Below are positions 48,909 to 63,433 of a stretch of DNA of 64,000 bases, piece after piece. Where the stretch lies: NCBI GenBank assembly GCA_951406725.2, contig OX597815.1, positions 159,960,001 through 160,024,000 on the forward strand, read 5' to 3'. The translations under genes and the position numbers were made by a program. Numbering within the stretch: position 1 is the stretch's first letter; the number at the start of each line of letters is the position of its first letter. This DNA comes from Octopus vulgaris. Lineage: Eukaryota. A model generated the notes under the pieces. That model did not search any database, was not told the DNA's origin, and worked only from the letters and a program-made list of their open reading frames with translations.

Positions 48909-51900
48909 CACATACACATATGCAAATTCATTAGAATATACTGAATCTCCTTTAAATTTAATTCTGACTTCAACACAAATATTGTATGTTTACCAAAACT
49001 GTATAAAACAAAATTATTTAATGACTAGTGACGGAATATTTCATAACTTTATATGATGTTTTGTGAGAAGATATTTAGTTTTGTTCATTTCATTTGGAAG
49101 TTTCTTTCAAAGAGAATTACTAAAGAATCCAGTAGTTTACCTTTCACACAGTTAAAATATTCAATATCAGCCTTTTACTTCTCATCTTGACAGTTCGCTG
49201 CAAAATAAAAGATAGGGAGAAAAAAGTTTGTAATGCCTACGAGGCAAGATGTGGAGAAAAAGGCAAAACTGACCATTAAAAGTTTACACTGCTCTACATT
49301 ATTTTAATTTTGGTCAAAATAAAGCAAAAACTGAGGGATGGAATGCAAGCTAATTTTGCTTATTATTTCAGATTTATTAGCTAGACAGACAGAGTTTTTA
49401 GAAATGACATAATAGTGACCACTATCGATGCCTGTAAAACTTAATATTTTCCCCTTTATTGCTATTTTCAGTTTATTTGGAAAAAAAAAAAATGTAAAGA
49501 ATATTTTTGTCTTTAAGATATTTTCATTAATACAATAAATATGAATGAATTTGAAAGACAGTTATCATTTGAACTACTCAAGGACTAAGTTAAGGAAAAA
49601 TACAAGTGTATGAAATTATCAAAATTAGGTGGAAATAATGCCATGAAGGAAAGTACTTTGAAAGTTGTGAAAAGCAAATGATCTTATTGAAAGGAAATAT
49701 CTCTAGGGATAAACATGTCTTTAATGCATTATGAAAGGTTACAGACCTGGCAGTCTGTATGATTGGCAGTCAAGGCCTTAATTTTTATCAGAACAATACA
49801 TACACATAATTTTATGAATGGGGGTTGTCTATGAAGTGAAATAAAAAAAAGACCTGGTTTACAAATATGGTATCTCTAGGGTAAAATAAAATAACATTAA
49901 AAAAAATATTAAGTCTATAAAGAAATGAAATAATAATGGTAGATTAACATTGTATGTATGTATGTATGTATGTATGTATGTATGTATGCATGCATGCATG
50001 CATGCATGTATGTCACACTGAAACAGCTGACATTCTACTGAAGGTTTTTATAATAATTTTTTACCTCTAATTTTCATGAAATAAGTATTTGCAATACAAT
50101 CGAGTATAGATGATCTGTTGGGAGTCTCATAGATAGATTAATGTCATTTAATAAGTCCTTTCCAGTAGTTCAATATTGTCTTGCTTTTCCCAAGAGAGGG
50201 ATTCTGGTATCAAAACAATTCAGAATTTCCAGTGAAATCTGTCAAAGCTAGTATTATGATGTACATAATTGACTATATAACATGAATTTGATGTTTCAAA
50301 GTTATTTAGATAAACACAAGTGATGTTTTACTTAAGAGTTCAGCTCTCTGCTTCCATAAACAATTCCCAACATGACAATTTTTGTTTGGTTCAGGATTAA
50401 AAGTATTGAAATATCTGATATAAATATCCTACAGATTTGGGTTTACTATATAGACATTATATGATGGAAAAGTAACTGAGTAAAAATAAAAACTTTAGTA
50501 TCTGAATGCTAAAACTTTTCCTAAGTGAAATTATAAAACCTACATAAAAAGCCCTCTACAATTAAGGGACCATGATGGCTCCATCTATTTAAAATAGTTT
50601 CCAGATCTCTTTAAAATTATACCATACCATCATAAAGTGGAAGGGCACTTTGATCATTAGTGGTTCTCAACCAGGGTCTTTACTCTTTTACTTGTTTCAG
50701 TCATTTGACTGTGGCTATGCTGGAGCACTGCCTTTAGTCAAGCAAATTGATCCCAGGACTTATTCTTTGTAAGCCTAGTACTTATTCTATTTGTCTCTTT
50801 TGCCAAACCACTAAGTTACGGGGACATAAACACACCAGAATCGGTTGTCAAACGATGTTGGAGGGACAAACATATACACACACAGACATATATATATACA
50901 TATATACGACAGGCTTCTTTCAGTTTCCGTCTACCAAATTCACTCACAAGGCTTTGGTCGGCCCAAGGCTATAGTGGAAGACGCTTGCCCAAGATGCCAC
51001 ACAGTGGGACTGAACCTGGAACCATGTGGTTCGTAAGCAAGCTACTTACCATACAGCCACTCCTACATAAGATTTTTGGGGGTCCATGTAGTAAGATAGT
51101 AAATTGGGGATCCACAATAGTATTTTAAGGGCTACTGAAAAAATTTTGCTTCAAGTGTATATATTGGTACGTAGTGCAAGAAACAGCTAGGTTTTACTTA
51201 GTTCAACCTACACAAGTTAATGTGTGAAAAACAAAATAGGAATTTTGAAAGAAGTTTCTTTAAAACTACTTTTTAAACATTAAACAGCTATGGGGGTCTA
51301 TTAGAATAAAATAGTAATCAAAGGGCCCATAGATAAAAAATAGATGCCTTTCAGGGATGCCTTTCATCTTTTGGGGTCGATAAACTAAGTACCTGTTGAG
51401 CACTGGCTCACTGTAATCGATTTATCACTTTCCCTGAAATTGCGGGCCTTGTGCCAAAATTTGAAATTAATATTGACAATCATGTGTGGCAGCAAGATAG
51501 CAAAAGTGTTAGCACACTGCAGAAAATGCTTAGTGGCATTTTGTCCATCCTTATGTTCCTTATGTCAAAACTATAATCTTATTATAATTTCCAATATAAA
51601 AGTTAATATTTCTAAACTAAAGTTTCAATAGTAAATTTTAGGCTATTAGAAAAAAATATCTATTTTATTATCATTACAAATTTTTTAAAGGTTGAATCTG
51701 TTTCTAGTAGCACATGAAATAAACATAATTAAATAAAAAGGGCCTCCTTCAAACAAATGCATACATGGCTATGCCCATTTCATCTGATACTACATACACA
51801 TACATTCACATGTGTACATGTGTGTGAATATAGACTAACATGTACTCATATATATATTCTTATCAATGAAATTTATTTAATTGACTGTGTTTGGTTTCTG

Positions 51901-54900
51901 CTAGAAGACATAAAAGTTGCAATCTTCTTAAAGAATTTCAGCTCTTTTAATATTTCATCTAATTATTGGAAAAAATTCATCTTAACTTTTCCTCTTGTCC
52001 TCCATGCTGTAAGTAATTATTTTTACGCGTAAGCATTAACGACGTATCTTCCAGCAAGTTAGTTTAATGTTGACATGAAATTTAAGGAATCTGTACCATT
52101 TACACACATTTCAGTAGACAGGAAGACAACCATATGTACTGAAATCTTAAAATTAATGAAAGTCTTAAGAATCATTTAAGTGAGCCAGGAGTAATTTCAA
52201 CATTTTTCAGAAAATGAAAAATCAAGCTTTTTCAGCTCAAATATTGAGTGGGAATCAAGGGTGTGGGAGGATTTCTTAAATAATGAATGTATAGGTCTCA
52301 CCAAGGAAATGACTAGAGACCAAAACCTTTGGAAGTATGCTGTGCACCGCCCCAACTGGCCTCTGTGCCGGTGGCACATAAAAAGCACCATCTGATCGTG
52401 ACAATTTGCCAGCCTCATCTGGCACGTAAAAAGCACCCACTACACTCACGGAGTGGTTGGCGTTAGGAAAGGCATCCAGCCATAGAAACATTGCCAGATC
52501 AGACTAGGCCTGGTGCAGCCTTCTGGCTTCCCAGACCCCAGTTGAACCGTCCAACCCATGCTAGCATGGAAAGCAGACGTTAAACGATGATGATGGATGA
52601 TATATCACTAATACATTGGCTTCAAATTTTAGCACAAGGCCAGCAAGTTTGAGGGAGTGGATAAGTTGATTACATCAAACCCCAGTCCTCAACTGGTACT
52701 TTATTTTACTGATCCCAAAAGGATGGAAAGTAAAGTCACACTCAGCAGAATTTGAATTGTGAATGTACGGACAGATGAAATGCTGCTAAGCATTTTGACT
52801 GGCATGCTAACGAGTCTGACATCACTTATATATCAGTAATGTATACAAGATAACAAGTAATATCCTAAGGTGTATATGGTTGGGATCAAGATCATTCCAT
52901 TTTAATGTATTTTCCAGTGGTAAGAGACTACCTGTTAATTTTCTTAAATCAACTTTTCAGATCTGCTATCATACATCATCATTTAAATGTTTACTTTCGT
53001 ATGCTTGCATTGGTTCCAAGCATGCTGATATTTTGCCATACCCAGGGATGTTCTTGCAGAAACTGGAAATGAATATCACTTCTTGTATGACCATGACAAT
53101 GATTTTACAGCTGTCACACAGTATCACAAGGAGATACATACACACACACACGCATATATATAATGTATGTATAAATAAGGTGGCGAGCTGGCAGAAACGT
53201 TAGCACACTGGGTGAAATGCGTAGCTGTATTTCGTCTGCCGTTACATTCTGAAATTCCACCGAGGTCGACTTTGCCTTTCATCCTTTCAGGGTCGATAAA
53301 TAAAGTACCAGCTACACACTGGGGTCGATGTAATCGACTTAATCCGTTTGTCTGTCCCCTCTATGTTTAGCCCCTTGTGGGCAATAGAGAAATATATATG
53401 TATAATATATGTGTGTGTGTGTGTATTATATATACGTGATGTGCTTCTTTCAGTTTCCCTTAACCAAACCCACTCACAAGGCCTGGGGTTATAGAAGGTA
53501 TCATGCAGTGGAAAGGAATCCAGAATCATATGGTCAGGAAGTAAACTTCTTACCACACAGCCACATCTGTGCAGTGTTTTACAGACATCTGTTATATTTG
53601 GTCCAATCAAATCTCTACATCCAGATGTAAAAACCCTGCCAAAACAGATACAGAAGTCTGGTGCAGGTTCCTACCTGACCAGCTCCTGTCAAACCATCCA
53701 ACCCATGCCAGTATGGGAAGCAGACATTAAATGATGATGATGATGAATGACAGAATATAATAATATACAGCTTGAAGTCTCTATATATAATAATCTGCTT
53801 GTTTGTTCATTGTTATACTTCAGTTCAGTTTGAGTGGTGGAGGTGGAGTGAATGAGAGGTGGAGTAAAAGTGTGAGAGATGGGGAGGAATGTTAGTTGAG
53901 AAGAAAGAAGAGAGGAATATAATAATACACTAAGGCCAAATGCATCATGTGGTTAATTGAAGGGGGAAGTGAAAAGCAAGAGAAAAAGACAGTGAGAGAA
54001 AAGAGAGAAAGAGGCTGAGCGGTGTTGTAGGGTAGGGAGGGAAAGGTAAAGAGAAAGAGATATGTTTAAGATACAATATCTAGCAGAGAGTGATATTTTC
54101 ATTTTTAAAGTATGCCTATTTCTAAACCTTTTAACACTACTTGAAATGACTTGATTTCTTGTCTGAAATCTTAATCAAAAATATCTAGCCTTATCTACTA
54201 CCAGCTGAGGCACTTGGTATTACTTGGTTGCAGAGATATCAGCATTTTATTATATGTATTGTATATATATATATATATATATAATCAGCTGAAATTGCGA
54301 AGATGATCCGGTTCTTGACTGATGACTGAGAGCTTCGAATGTCCCGTCCTGTGGTTCTTGTGTCGTCTTCTAGGTGTTTCACGTTCTTGTCCCAGTTTGT
54401 ATATATTTTTTTACTTTTTACATATATATATATATATATATATAATCATCAGTATTAGTCACCCACCATTAAAATTATGCATACTAATTTCTCTCTTCTC
54501 CAGAGTACAAATATCTTTTCTAGAGATATTCAGTAAAATAGATAATGCTAAAGTTGTTACTGTTTAACTTCAAGTAACCTTTGACCTATAATTAGGTCCG
54601 TAGCTTAGAAATACTGGGTTGACGTCCAGCGGGAACAGCTTTGTTTCATGGAGGAGGAAAGATCTTCTTTAGTACTTGGTTGTACAATGCTTTCCAATGT
54701 GTGTAGTAGTGGTGCGCGCACACATTATTAGCCATTTGAAAACACTATGGAATTTAGTCTCGACCACGGTCGACCAATAATAAATAATAATAAAGGTATT
54801 CCTACCATAAAGATCCTTTCTTTTTCTTCTTTTACCAAGTTACATTTTCTAAGATAGAATTTTTTTTTTTTTAAGAGAGAAGTATTAGTTTTAAAGAAGA

Positions 54901-57900
54901 AGGAGTTTATTTCTATTAAGACAAGTAACCACAGAATGGTCCCTAAATTCCTTGAAATAACCATATGATTAAAATGTGTAATGGAATCCAGAACATTAAT
55001 CTTTACTGAGATTATTGCCTAAATGCTTTGTTGAAAATGAACCATTACTTTTATAATGTGAGTTTTATCACACTTTTGCTAGAGCAAATAGGATTACCAT
55101 GAGAACCTTATTTGCAAGAACAGCATGGCTATCCATAGTAAATACTAGCAGCATTTTGAAAGTGATGACTATTTAATTAGCTTGTAAGGCTGAATTCAAG
55201 ACCTGTTAACGTTATAGGATGCTGCTAATAGTATAATCCATTATTTTTTTCATCATCACCAATTGAAAAATAAAAGTTAATTATTGTGCAGTCTGTTGAT
55301 TTTTATTAAAAATTAAATTTCACTTGAAATGAATTTTAAAAAAATAATAACTTTAAATCTATATAATTTTCAAATAAAGAAAATTTTATATATGAGCAAT
55401 AGTTTTTTGTCATCACAGTATATCTTAACATTATGTGCATTAATGCTTGAGCTCTATTTTTACAGTTGACTGGATTGTATCAGTATTTTTTCTGCAGTTA
55501 TAATCCTAATTGTTCCTTGCAATAAACTTCACAGCCATAATTGATGTTTGAGAAACTGGAGCATAAAATTACAATTAAAAAATTCCGATATGTTGACTAT
55601 GGAAAACACTCCCCTAAGGAGTGATTATCATTAACTACAGCATTGAAATTCCTATGGATTCTTACCAGGCACACAAGCGAAATCAATTTTAGCTGATGCA
55701 TAATTTTTTGTGTTGCAAACCATTTACATCACATTCTTCATGCATTGGTAGTTTCTTGGTAATTAATATTTTGAGAGAATAGAAAGATTATATTATAGTA
55801 TCATTACTGACATATTGGTTCAAGAAATTGATATTGTAGGTTATCAGTGAGGAATAATAATGTATCCTTTTGGGAAAACATTTCACACCATTCCAATCAT
55901 GTTATTTAAAAACCTTCATTTAGAAACCTTAACCTTTGACAGATTGTTTCCCTCTGGTTGATTGGGGAACTGAACCTTTTTGCAGCTGCTGAATTTTTGT
56001 ATTAATTAAAGGCCTTTATTGATGGTTGTGATCTTAGTGGTTATGTTGGGGATATGGCAGTTGTAGCAATTATGTAATTTTAGGGATAATGAGTTATAAT
56101 GGTTTGGCTGTTTCTGTTCCTGAGGTATTGCAGCTAAGCTAATGAGGTTGGTTAATGAATGGTTTGTGTAAAGTTGAAAATTACAGCATTACTAATGATA
56201 GCAATAAGGATTAGAATGTGATTAAGGAAAAAAAAAATGGTAGTTATGATTATCAAGATTAGGCAATGCAGATATTGATGATAAGGCAGCGAAAAGTTGA
56301 ATGGCATCTGCCTCAAAACCACTTTTTACATGAGTAAACAGCTAACTGAAGATGTAGTGTCATGTATCTAGTAGAAATTCTGAATTGTGAGCAAATACAG
56401 CAGAGTATACAGCCATACAAATTGAAAAAGATGAGCAATAAATTAAAAACTAAAGCTCTGTCTGGCATATGATCATGATTACTCTTCAAGCTTAACAATG
56501 TGCCTCCATTCAGTTCTTAAGATGACAATATTTAATTTAAGAGAAATTTGGCTGATATTTCTAGCACATTTAATGACCTTAACTCACTGCAGGAAGAACT
56601 AATGGTAGTTCTCCAGCAGAACCTACATTTTACATATGATAGGGGTCTGCCCTCATTAGTAATGTCACATGAAGATGTCTTATTTATTGGCTGGCCTACT
56701 TCTTGCTGGGTTGCTTGCAGCGATTAAAAGCAGCAATTAGTAGAAACCAAGAGATGTAGTTTCTTCTTGCTTTTCTCCGATCAGTCTCAAAGTACTACTT
56801 CTCTCTCCTCTAATGTCATAGTCTTGAAGATTACTTGCTTACATTCTAACATACACAGCTAACATTTCAGCAATGCACACAGTTTCACACACTACGCTAT
56901 ATTTCTAATTATTCTAATTACAAACTAACTTAAATGAACTTCTCTGGATAGCACAGAGAAATTTGTAGTATTCATATCCACATGGGAGAAGTAGGTAGAA
57001 GTAATAAAGACAAAGCTAAAAGCTCTTATTATGATTAATGCTTTGAGATGTATAGTAGATGAAAGATAACAATGATAATGATGACCGTAGAGATTGTTTT
57101 AGTTAAATTTTAAGTTTATATATTTGTACTGGGAAGATGTTGAATAACGAATTTAAACAAGTTGTTCAAATTAAATAGATAGTTTGGTGAGAGCAAAGAG
57201 ACTGACAGAAAGGCAAGCTTTGCTCAATTTGTAATTGGTATTCATTTAGTCTTCCAGATTAACTCTCTACTTTGAATTACTCAAATTTAACTAATTCCTT
57301 GAACGAATTATACCTTGCTTTAATGCCCTTCCTAATGCTGAAGGGATTAGTCAGGTAATAAAAGATTTACACCAAACACTTGTTTAATGGTAGTTCTCCA
57401 AAATTTATTTCACCTGTTAGTTTTTTTTTATTAGCTAGCTACAAATAAAGGAGGAAAATAAAATCTGTACCCCTTATTCTCAGCACCATATATGTATTTT
57501 GTATATAAGCTCTATGTCTCTAGTTTATAACATCAACATGTTTGAAATAATTCTGCAATGAATTAATAAGATTCTGTATCAAACCAATCCATTATTCAAT
57601 GATAAAATTATCTGCTATCAACCCTGAATGGATAAATAATCATAACCTTTTGAAAGCAGGAGGCAGATATATCTGCTCAAAATCTTATTACCATTAACTG
57701 TGGAAAGCAGTTTTACCCAACAGCTTTGGAAAAAGAAACAAAAAAAAACCACAGAGATACCATCAATGATACATTTTACAAAAGCCAATTTTTTAGATTT
57801 AATTTTCTTCGCATTTTTATAAAAAGCAATATACCATGCTTCAGAAGACCTGTCAAGCCAAGTGAGATCGCAGTCATGACTGATGTTGGTGTTTTATAAG

Positions 57901-60376
57901 TGGCACATAAAAAGCATCCAATACATTCTTGGAGTGGTTGGCTTTTGGAAGGGCATCCAGCTGTAGAAGCCATGCCAAATCAGATTGGAATCTGGTGTAG
58001 CTCCCCAGCTTACCAGGTTTCAGTCAAACCGTCCAACCCATACCAGCACGGAAAACGGACGCTAAATGATGATGATAATGATGATGATCTTCTTACAGTG
58101 CAAGGATCAAATAATTTTAGTAGTGGGTATGAAAACTGTACCTAAAGGAGATACTGAAAAAGTATTGCTGAAGCAGAAAATACCAATTCTATTTTTTGGT
58201 GGATAATTGACATTATTACAGGAGTGACCATGAAATTTAACTATTCTGTTAAAGGAATAATGAGATTATTTAGAATCTGAGTTATAGAACAGGAAGTTGA
58301 AATCTTTTGGCTGTCACATATCAATCCTGCTCCTACTTCAAAGATGATACCAAAGTTAAATTCTTTAGATCTATTATTACAACAATTCCTCACAAAAATA
58401 ATACAGAGATATCTTCACAAATGCTTTAAGGTTAAAGGCAGCTTTTTCCTTTTCTTATATTGAAGATGATAAACTATATAAAACTGCTTCTTTAATTAGT
58501 TAGCAACAGCTGTTGACCAGTGATGAGCGTAGTTTTCTCTTTTTTTGACCTCTAATTGATGTAAGAGGACATCCAGATTTCTTTGATCAGTTTTCAGAAT
58601 TTATCTTGTAGGTTATCTTATTGATTCTGAGTGGATGACTCAGATAAGCATAGTTCATGCTGCATAATCGTGTTAACCTTTTGCTCGTATCTGTAGTAAG
58701 AGAGTAAATCTTCAGAAATGATTTGTTATTATGAATTTAGTTTGATAAAGTACAAAGCTTTATTTAATTTCAATGGATTTAATAAAACGAGTCTCTGCTA
58801 GAGACATAATGAAGAAACAGCTTATGAATTATCCAAAATTATGCTTTAGCCAGCAGTTTGATGACCTCTGTATTCTAGCAATAATTTTGGTATTCTAGAG
58901 ATTATTTTAGTAATCTAAAAATACCCCTGTTCTGGAAATTAATTAGTTTTTACAGAAATGTTTTCTAAACACTTAAAATTGAGTACTTAACCTTTTCGAT
59001 GCCAACTCGACTGAAACCACCTCTGACTCTGTAATACAAATGTCTTGTTTTCATAAGTTTTGAACTAAAATCTTCCACCAAACCTTAGCCACAATTTATG
59101 TTCCTAACACTGGCTTACTGATGGCTAAGTTATTTTACTAAATTCTTTATTATATTTAAAATTAATTGGAAGAAACACAGAGCATCTCAAATAAATACGG
59201 TAACAAAAGGGTTTATGTGTATAGAACTTTTGGTTGTCTTTTACTTCTAGAAAAGCCTTGGAGCCAAGAAAGTGAATGAATCATATGAACGACATAAGTA
59301 AATAAATAGATATATGCATTACAGATAGGCTAACCTTAATTTAACTTTCATAATCTCAAATTCATGGTATTTCCTTAATAATAATCTGAAGTTTGCTTAG
59401 GTTATAAACTAGAATTTTAATCTAAAATCTATCATCTGTAATTCTTGGAATATATGTTTATATAATTCATTGTTCATGCAATTTATTCTAAAATTATAAA
59501 TGTCAAAATGTCAGAATAATATTTGTTCTTTATATATGTAATTATTATTATGAATATTGCAAAGAATCCATTTGAGACAAAATGGAACTATCCCCCTGTT
59601 ACCTATATGTAATATTGTGCTTCTGAGTCATTCAGCTGATCTTTAAAACCACACAGGTTATTTCCTATAGATTTCCCTTGTGCAGGCAAGGAAATGACTT
59701 ATACAGTGAAATTCGTATTATGAAATCAACATCGCAGAATTTTCTTTCATCTTTTCTCCAATATCTGTTTTATATTTTCTATGGTGTTTCTGGTTTCTAA
59801 CCTACAACTGAATCTATACTATCATATTATTAGTATAACCTTAACTGATTCATGGACTTTAATATCTTATTCCAGAGTTGATCATAATTGGTAGGCCTCT
59901 AGAATAATAAATGATCATTAAATATTTATAAATATGTTTGCACATTTCTTTTATACCAGTTTACCCATGGTCTGGACAAATATTTGTTAGTGAGGCATTA
60001 TTTTAAGAGTTAGCCTTTCTGTTGTTAATCCTTACCTGTTATTCAAGTATGAGACTTTTTAATTTCTACTTTCAACCACACAGTGCCATTGGATGATTTG
60101 TTAGCAATGACAAACTTCCCCCACACACAACTGATGTCCATATGGTTTTTGTCTATAAATTCTATTCACAAGGCATTGGTCAGCTCAAGGGCTACATAGG
60201 AAACTCTCCTGGGAACACAGAATCGACATAGCTATACCTGTAGCTCTACATTCTATGAAAAAAATGTATTTTTAGAAATTAATAATATCTCAAATGCAAG
60301 AGAATAGCTGTGAAAACAGCTTTAGAAACCTATGTAAAGTACCCTACCTCACCAAAAAGGGAAAAGGTGGCCAGCA

Positions 60377-60446
60377 GCTGCTACAGAGGATTGAACTCTG
60401 TACTGCTTGAATTCCAGCTGAGCACTCTACCACTGAGCTAAATGAC
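60377..60446 (-). pseudogene. tRNA-like remnant / SINE head
   Basis: TAGCTCAGTGGTAGAG A-box/D-arm and T-arm CAGAG-TTCAATC-CTCTG; acceptor and anticodon stems do not pair. Confidence 0.55.
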
Positions 60447-61208
60447 AATAGAGACTCTCATTTTATAATTAAAAAATCATATAAATATTACTGAGAAATA
60501 TTGGTCCTTGTACTGATGACATGTAAAAAGCATCCAATGTACACTGTAAAGGGGTTGATGTTTGGAAGGGTATCCAGCTGTAAAAACCATGCCAAAACTG
60601 ACCTCACCTATGCTTGTGCCACATAAAAAGCACCCAGTCCATTCTGCTGGGTGGTTGGTGTTAGGGAGGGCATCCAGTCATACAAACCCTGTCAAAACAG
60701 ACACAGAAGTCTGGTGCAGGCTCTTACCTGGTCAGCTCCTGTCAAACCGTTTGACCCATGCCAACATAAAAGGCAGACATTAAACGATGATGATAAGGCT
60801 GATGATGATGATTCCTTAATATCTGTCTGTGACAAGGCTCTGTGTTGATTATAACAATGAATGTTCCCCTTGATCCAATCATTGAAACAGCCTGCTCATG
60901 AAATTAACATGCAAGTGGCTGAGCACTCCACAGACATACATACCCTTAACATAGTTCTCAGGGAACACAGTGTAACACACTTAATATGACAAGGCTGGCC
61001 CTTTGAATTACAGGCACAACATGCTGCCAGGAATTGAACTTATGACTTGACAATTGTGAGCTGAAACCCTTAGCATTAAGTCATATGCTTTCTCTTATTT
61101 GTCTGTACAAGGATGGTGAATGGCAAGAAATAGCAACTTATTGAAGTAATTGCTTTCATGTGCTTAGTGTTGTATCATTTTAGTCAAAATCATGTAAGAG
61201 TTAACCTC

Positions 61209-61357
61209 TGTTGTGCCGACGCCCCCAGACGATGACGTAGGCTAGCCCAATACATAGATATAGAGGGAGAAGCCTAGATGTCAAGACAGTAGAGTAGTAG
61301 GAGAACAGCACAGAAAAGCGGAGTCAAGTTGAGTAGAGGTCATCCGAATGTGTGACA
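61209..61357. mobile_element. 149-bp TG..CA insertion, solo-LTR-like
   Basis: Begins TGT and ends ACA; flanked by direct repeat TAACCTC (61202-61208, 61358-61364); CpG-retaining. Confidence 0.45.
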
Positions 61358-61936
61358 TAACCTCACAAGTCATCTTCCCAGAATCTGTACAATCAGTATT
61401 ACACTGAAGTATATCTAATTTATTATATTTTGTAAATTTATGGCCCTGCACCAATATAAGAAATCAATATTTGTTCATATTTTTAGCTTATTTAACTGTA
61501 TTTCAAAGGTTTTGTGTGTCATTTGGTATGATGAACAAAGTTGGTGCACAAAAGAAGTGAATCTGCATGCAAGAAATTCGAGTATGCACCTAAAATAATG
61601 AAATGTTTAATACCTACATGTTCAGTGAACATGTGGTTATTAAAACATTGGCAGAATCATTAGCATGCTAGCAAAATGCATAGTGGCATTTCGTTCATCT
61701 TCATACTCCGAGTTCAAATTCTGCAGAGGTTGACTTTGCTTTTCATCCTTTTGGGAGTTAATGAAATAGGTACTAGTTGAACCCCGGAGTCAATGTAATC
61801 GACTTATCCCTACCCTGAAATTACTGGCCTTATGCCAGAATTAAAAACCAATATTTATATGTTCAATGTAACACTTTTGTCACAGAATAATAACAAAAAC
61901 CAATCAACTGCTAATTTTTATAATATAGGATATATT

Positions 61937-62827
61937 CAAGGTGGTATCAAAAAGTTCCCAGACTAGTTCTCGAGTGCTCCAACTGATGGCAGCATATGGT
62001 TGTGAGTGCAGTGAGAGTTAGTAGTGACCTTTGTGAGGCAGTGTGCTGAATGTGAAATTTGTGTTTTTGTGATCACGTGTATACTGTAGTCTGTGCTTTG
62101 TCGAGGACAGGAACAAAGAGCCAATTTGAAATTTTGCATTAAACTTGGGAAGTTTGCTACATATAAATTCAACCTACTTCAGTAAGCTTATGGTGAAGAG
62201 GCAATGGCCGTATGCAATGTTTTGGGAGGCACAAGAGATTGAAAAGTGGAAGAACATCCCTGAAAGATGATGAGGGATCTGGAAGACCTATCATGAACAT
62301 CACTCTTGGAAATGTGGCATTGTGTATCAAGAATTTATCTCCCAGGGCCAGACCATCAATCGAGTGTTCTACTGTGATGTTTTGAAACATTTAAGGGAGG
62401 GCATGCAGCAAAAGTGAATGGATCTGTGGATCATGAAGAATTGAATTCTTCATAACAGCAGTGCACCCTGTCACCGAGTTCTCCTCACTTATGAGTTTCT
62501 CACCAAAAACAACATGGTATTGCTTCTGCACCAGCTCTATTCACCAGATTTAGCACCTGTAGATTTCCATCTCTTCCCCAAGAAGGAAATGCAGCTCAAA
62601 GGTTGCCATTTTAGCATTGTTGTCAAAATCAGGTGTGAATCACAGAAGGTCATCAACTTGCTTACGGAAACCAACTTCCAGGCTGGATTCCAAAAGTGGC
62701 AGGAACACTGGAACCTGTTTATTGCTGCACAAGGTGACTATTTCAAAGGAGATGATGTTAAAGCTCATGTAAATAAGATATTTTTTATTGAACATAACTA
62801 GTCCAGTAACCTTTTGATACCACCTTG
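61937..62827 (+). mobile_element. Internally deleted mariner transposon with both TIRs
   Basis: TIRs CAAGGTGGTATCAAAAAGTT..GACTAGTT / AACTAGTC..CTTTTGATACCACCTTG; EQRANLKFCIKLGK (HTH) and QLYSPDLAPVDFHLFPKKEMQLKG (DDD-domain end). Confidence 0.92.
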
Positions 62828-63204
62828 TATGCTGTACTTCAATTGACCTATGCAGGCTCATCCAGACTGAAAGGATTGATGAAGCTTAATGATAATGCCT
62901 AGCCAGCTCCAGCATCCATAGGGTCACTATCTGCAAAGGAAAATGTGGATGAGAAGGGAATCTTATTCTAATGTTTGCTACAGCTGATTGGTTGACAAAT
63001 TGCTTGGTTAGTTGTTCATTGTTTACTTCTATGTCAGAGCTGACTGATCATCCCAGCTGTGACCATGTTGCCTTTTCCCTCTGTTCCAGAGATCTAGGAG
63101 TATATTACAGATTTTTTATTTTTTTATTATTTTGCTTCAGATAGTAGAGTGTAATTTGAAGAAATTTGGTTGCTAGTTCCATACATGTTTCCTCTTTGAC
63201 AGTA

Positions 63205-63433
63205 TTAACCCTTTTGTTGCTGTATTTATTTTGAGATGTTCTGTGTTTCTCTCAATTATTTTGGATATAACAAAGAATTTTGTAAAATAACTTAGTTATC
63301 ATTAAGCTAGTGATAGGAACAGTAATTGTGACTAAGGTTTGGTGGAAGATTTTAATTCAAAACTTATGAAAACAAGACATTTGTACTACAGAGCCAGAGC
63401 TGGTTTCAGCCGGGTTAGTAATGAAAGGGTTAA
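63205..63433. mobile_element. TTAA-terminated MITE, intact ends
   Basis: TTAACCCTTT..AAAGGGTTAA; reverse orientation of the 8329 and 58987 copies. Confidence 0.75.

Noticed and set aside
1364-53630. Many ORFs rich in YI/HT/CV/YLSI
   Set aside because: Translations of (TA)n, (CA)n and (TATC)n microsatellites or SINE bodies, not genes.
58519-58634. C/D box snoRNA (GTGATGA..CTGA)
   Set aside because: Terminal stem only ~2 bp and no recognisable rRNA-complementary guide.
60377-60446. Functional tRNA gene
   Set aside because: Acceptor and anticodon stems do not pair; treated as a pseudogene or SINE head.
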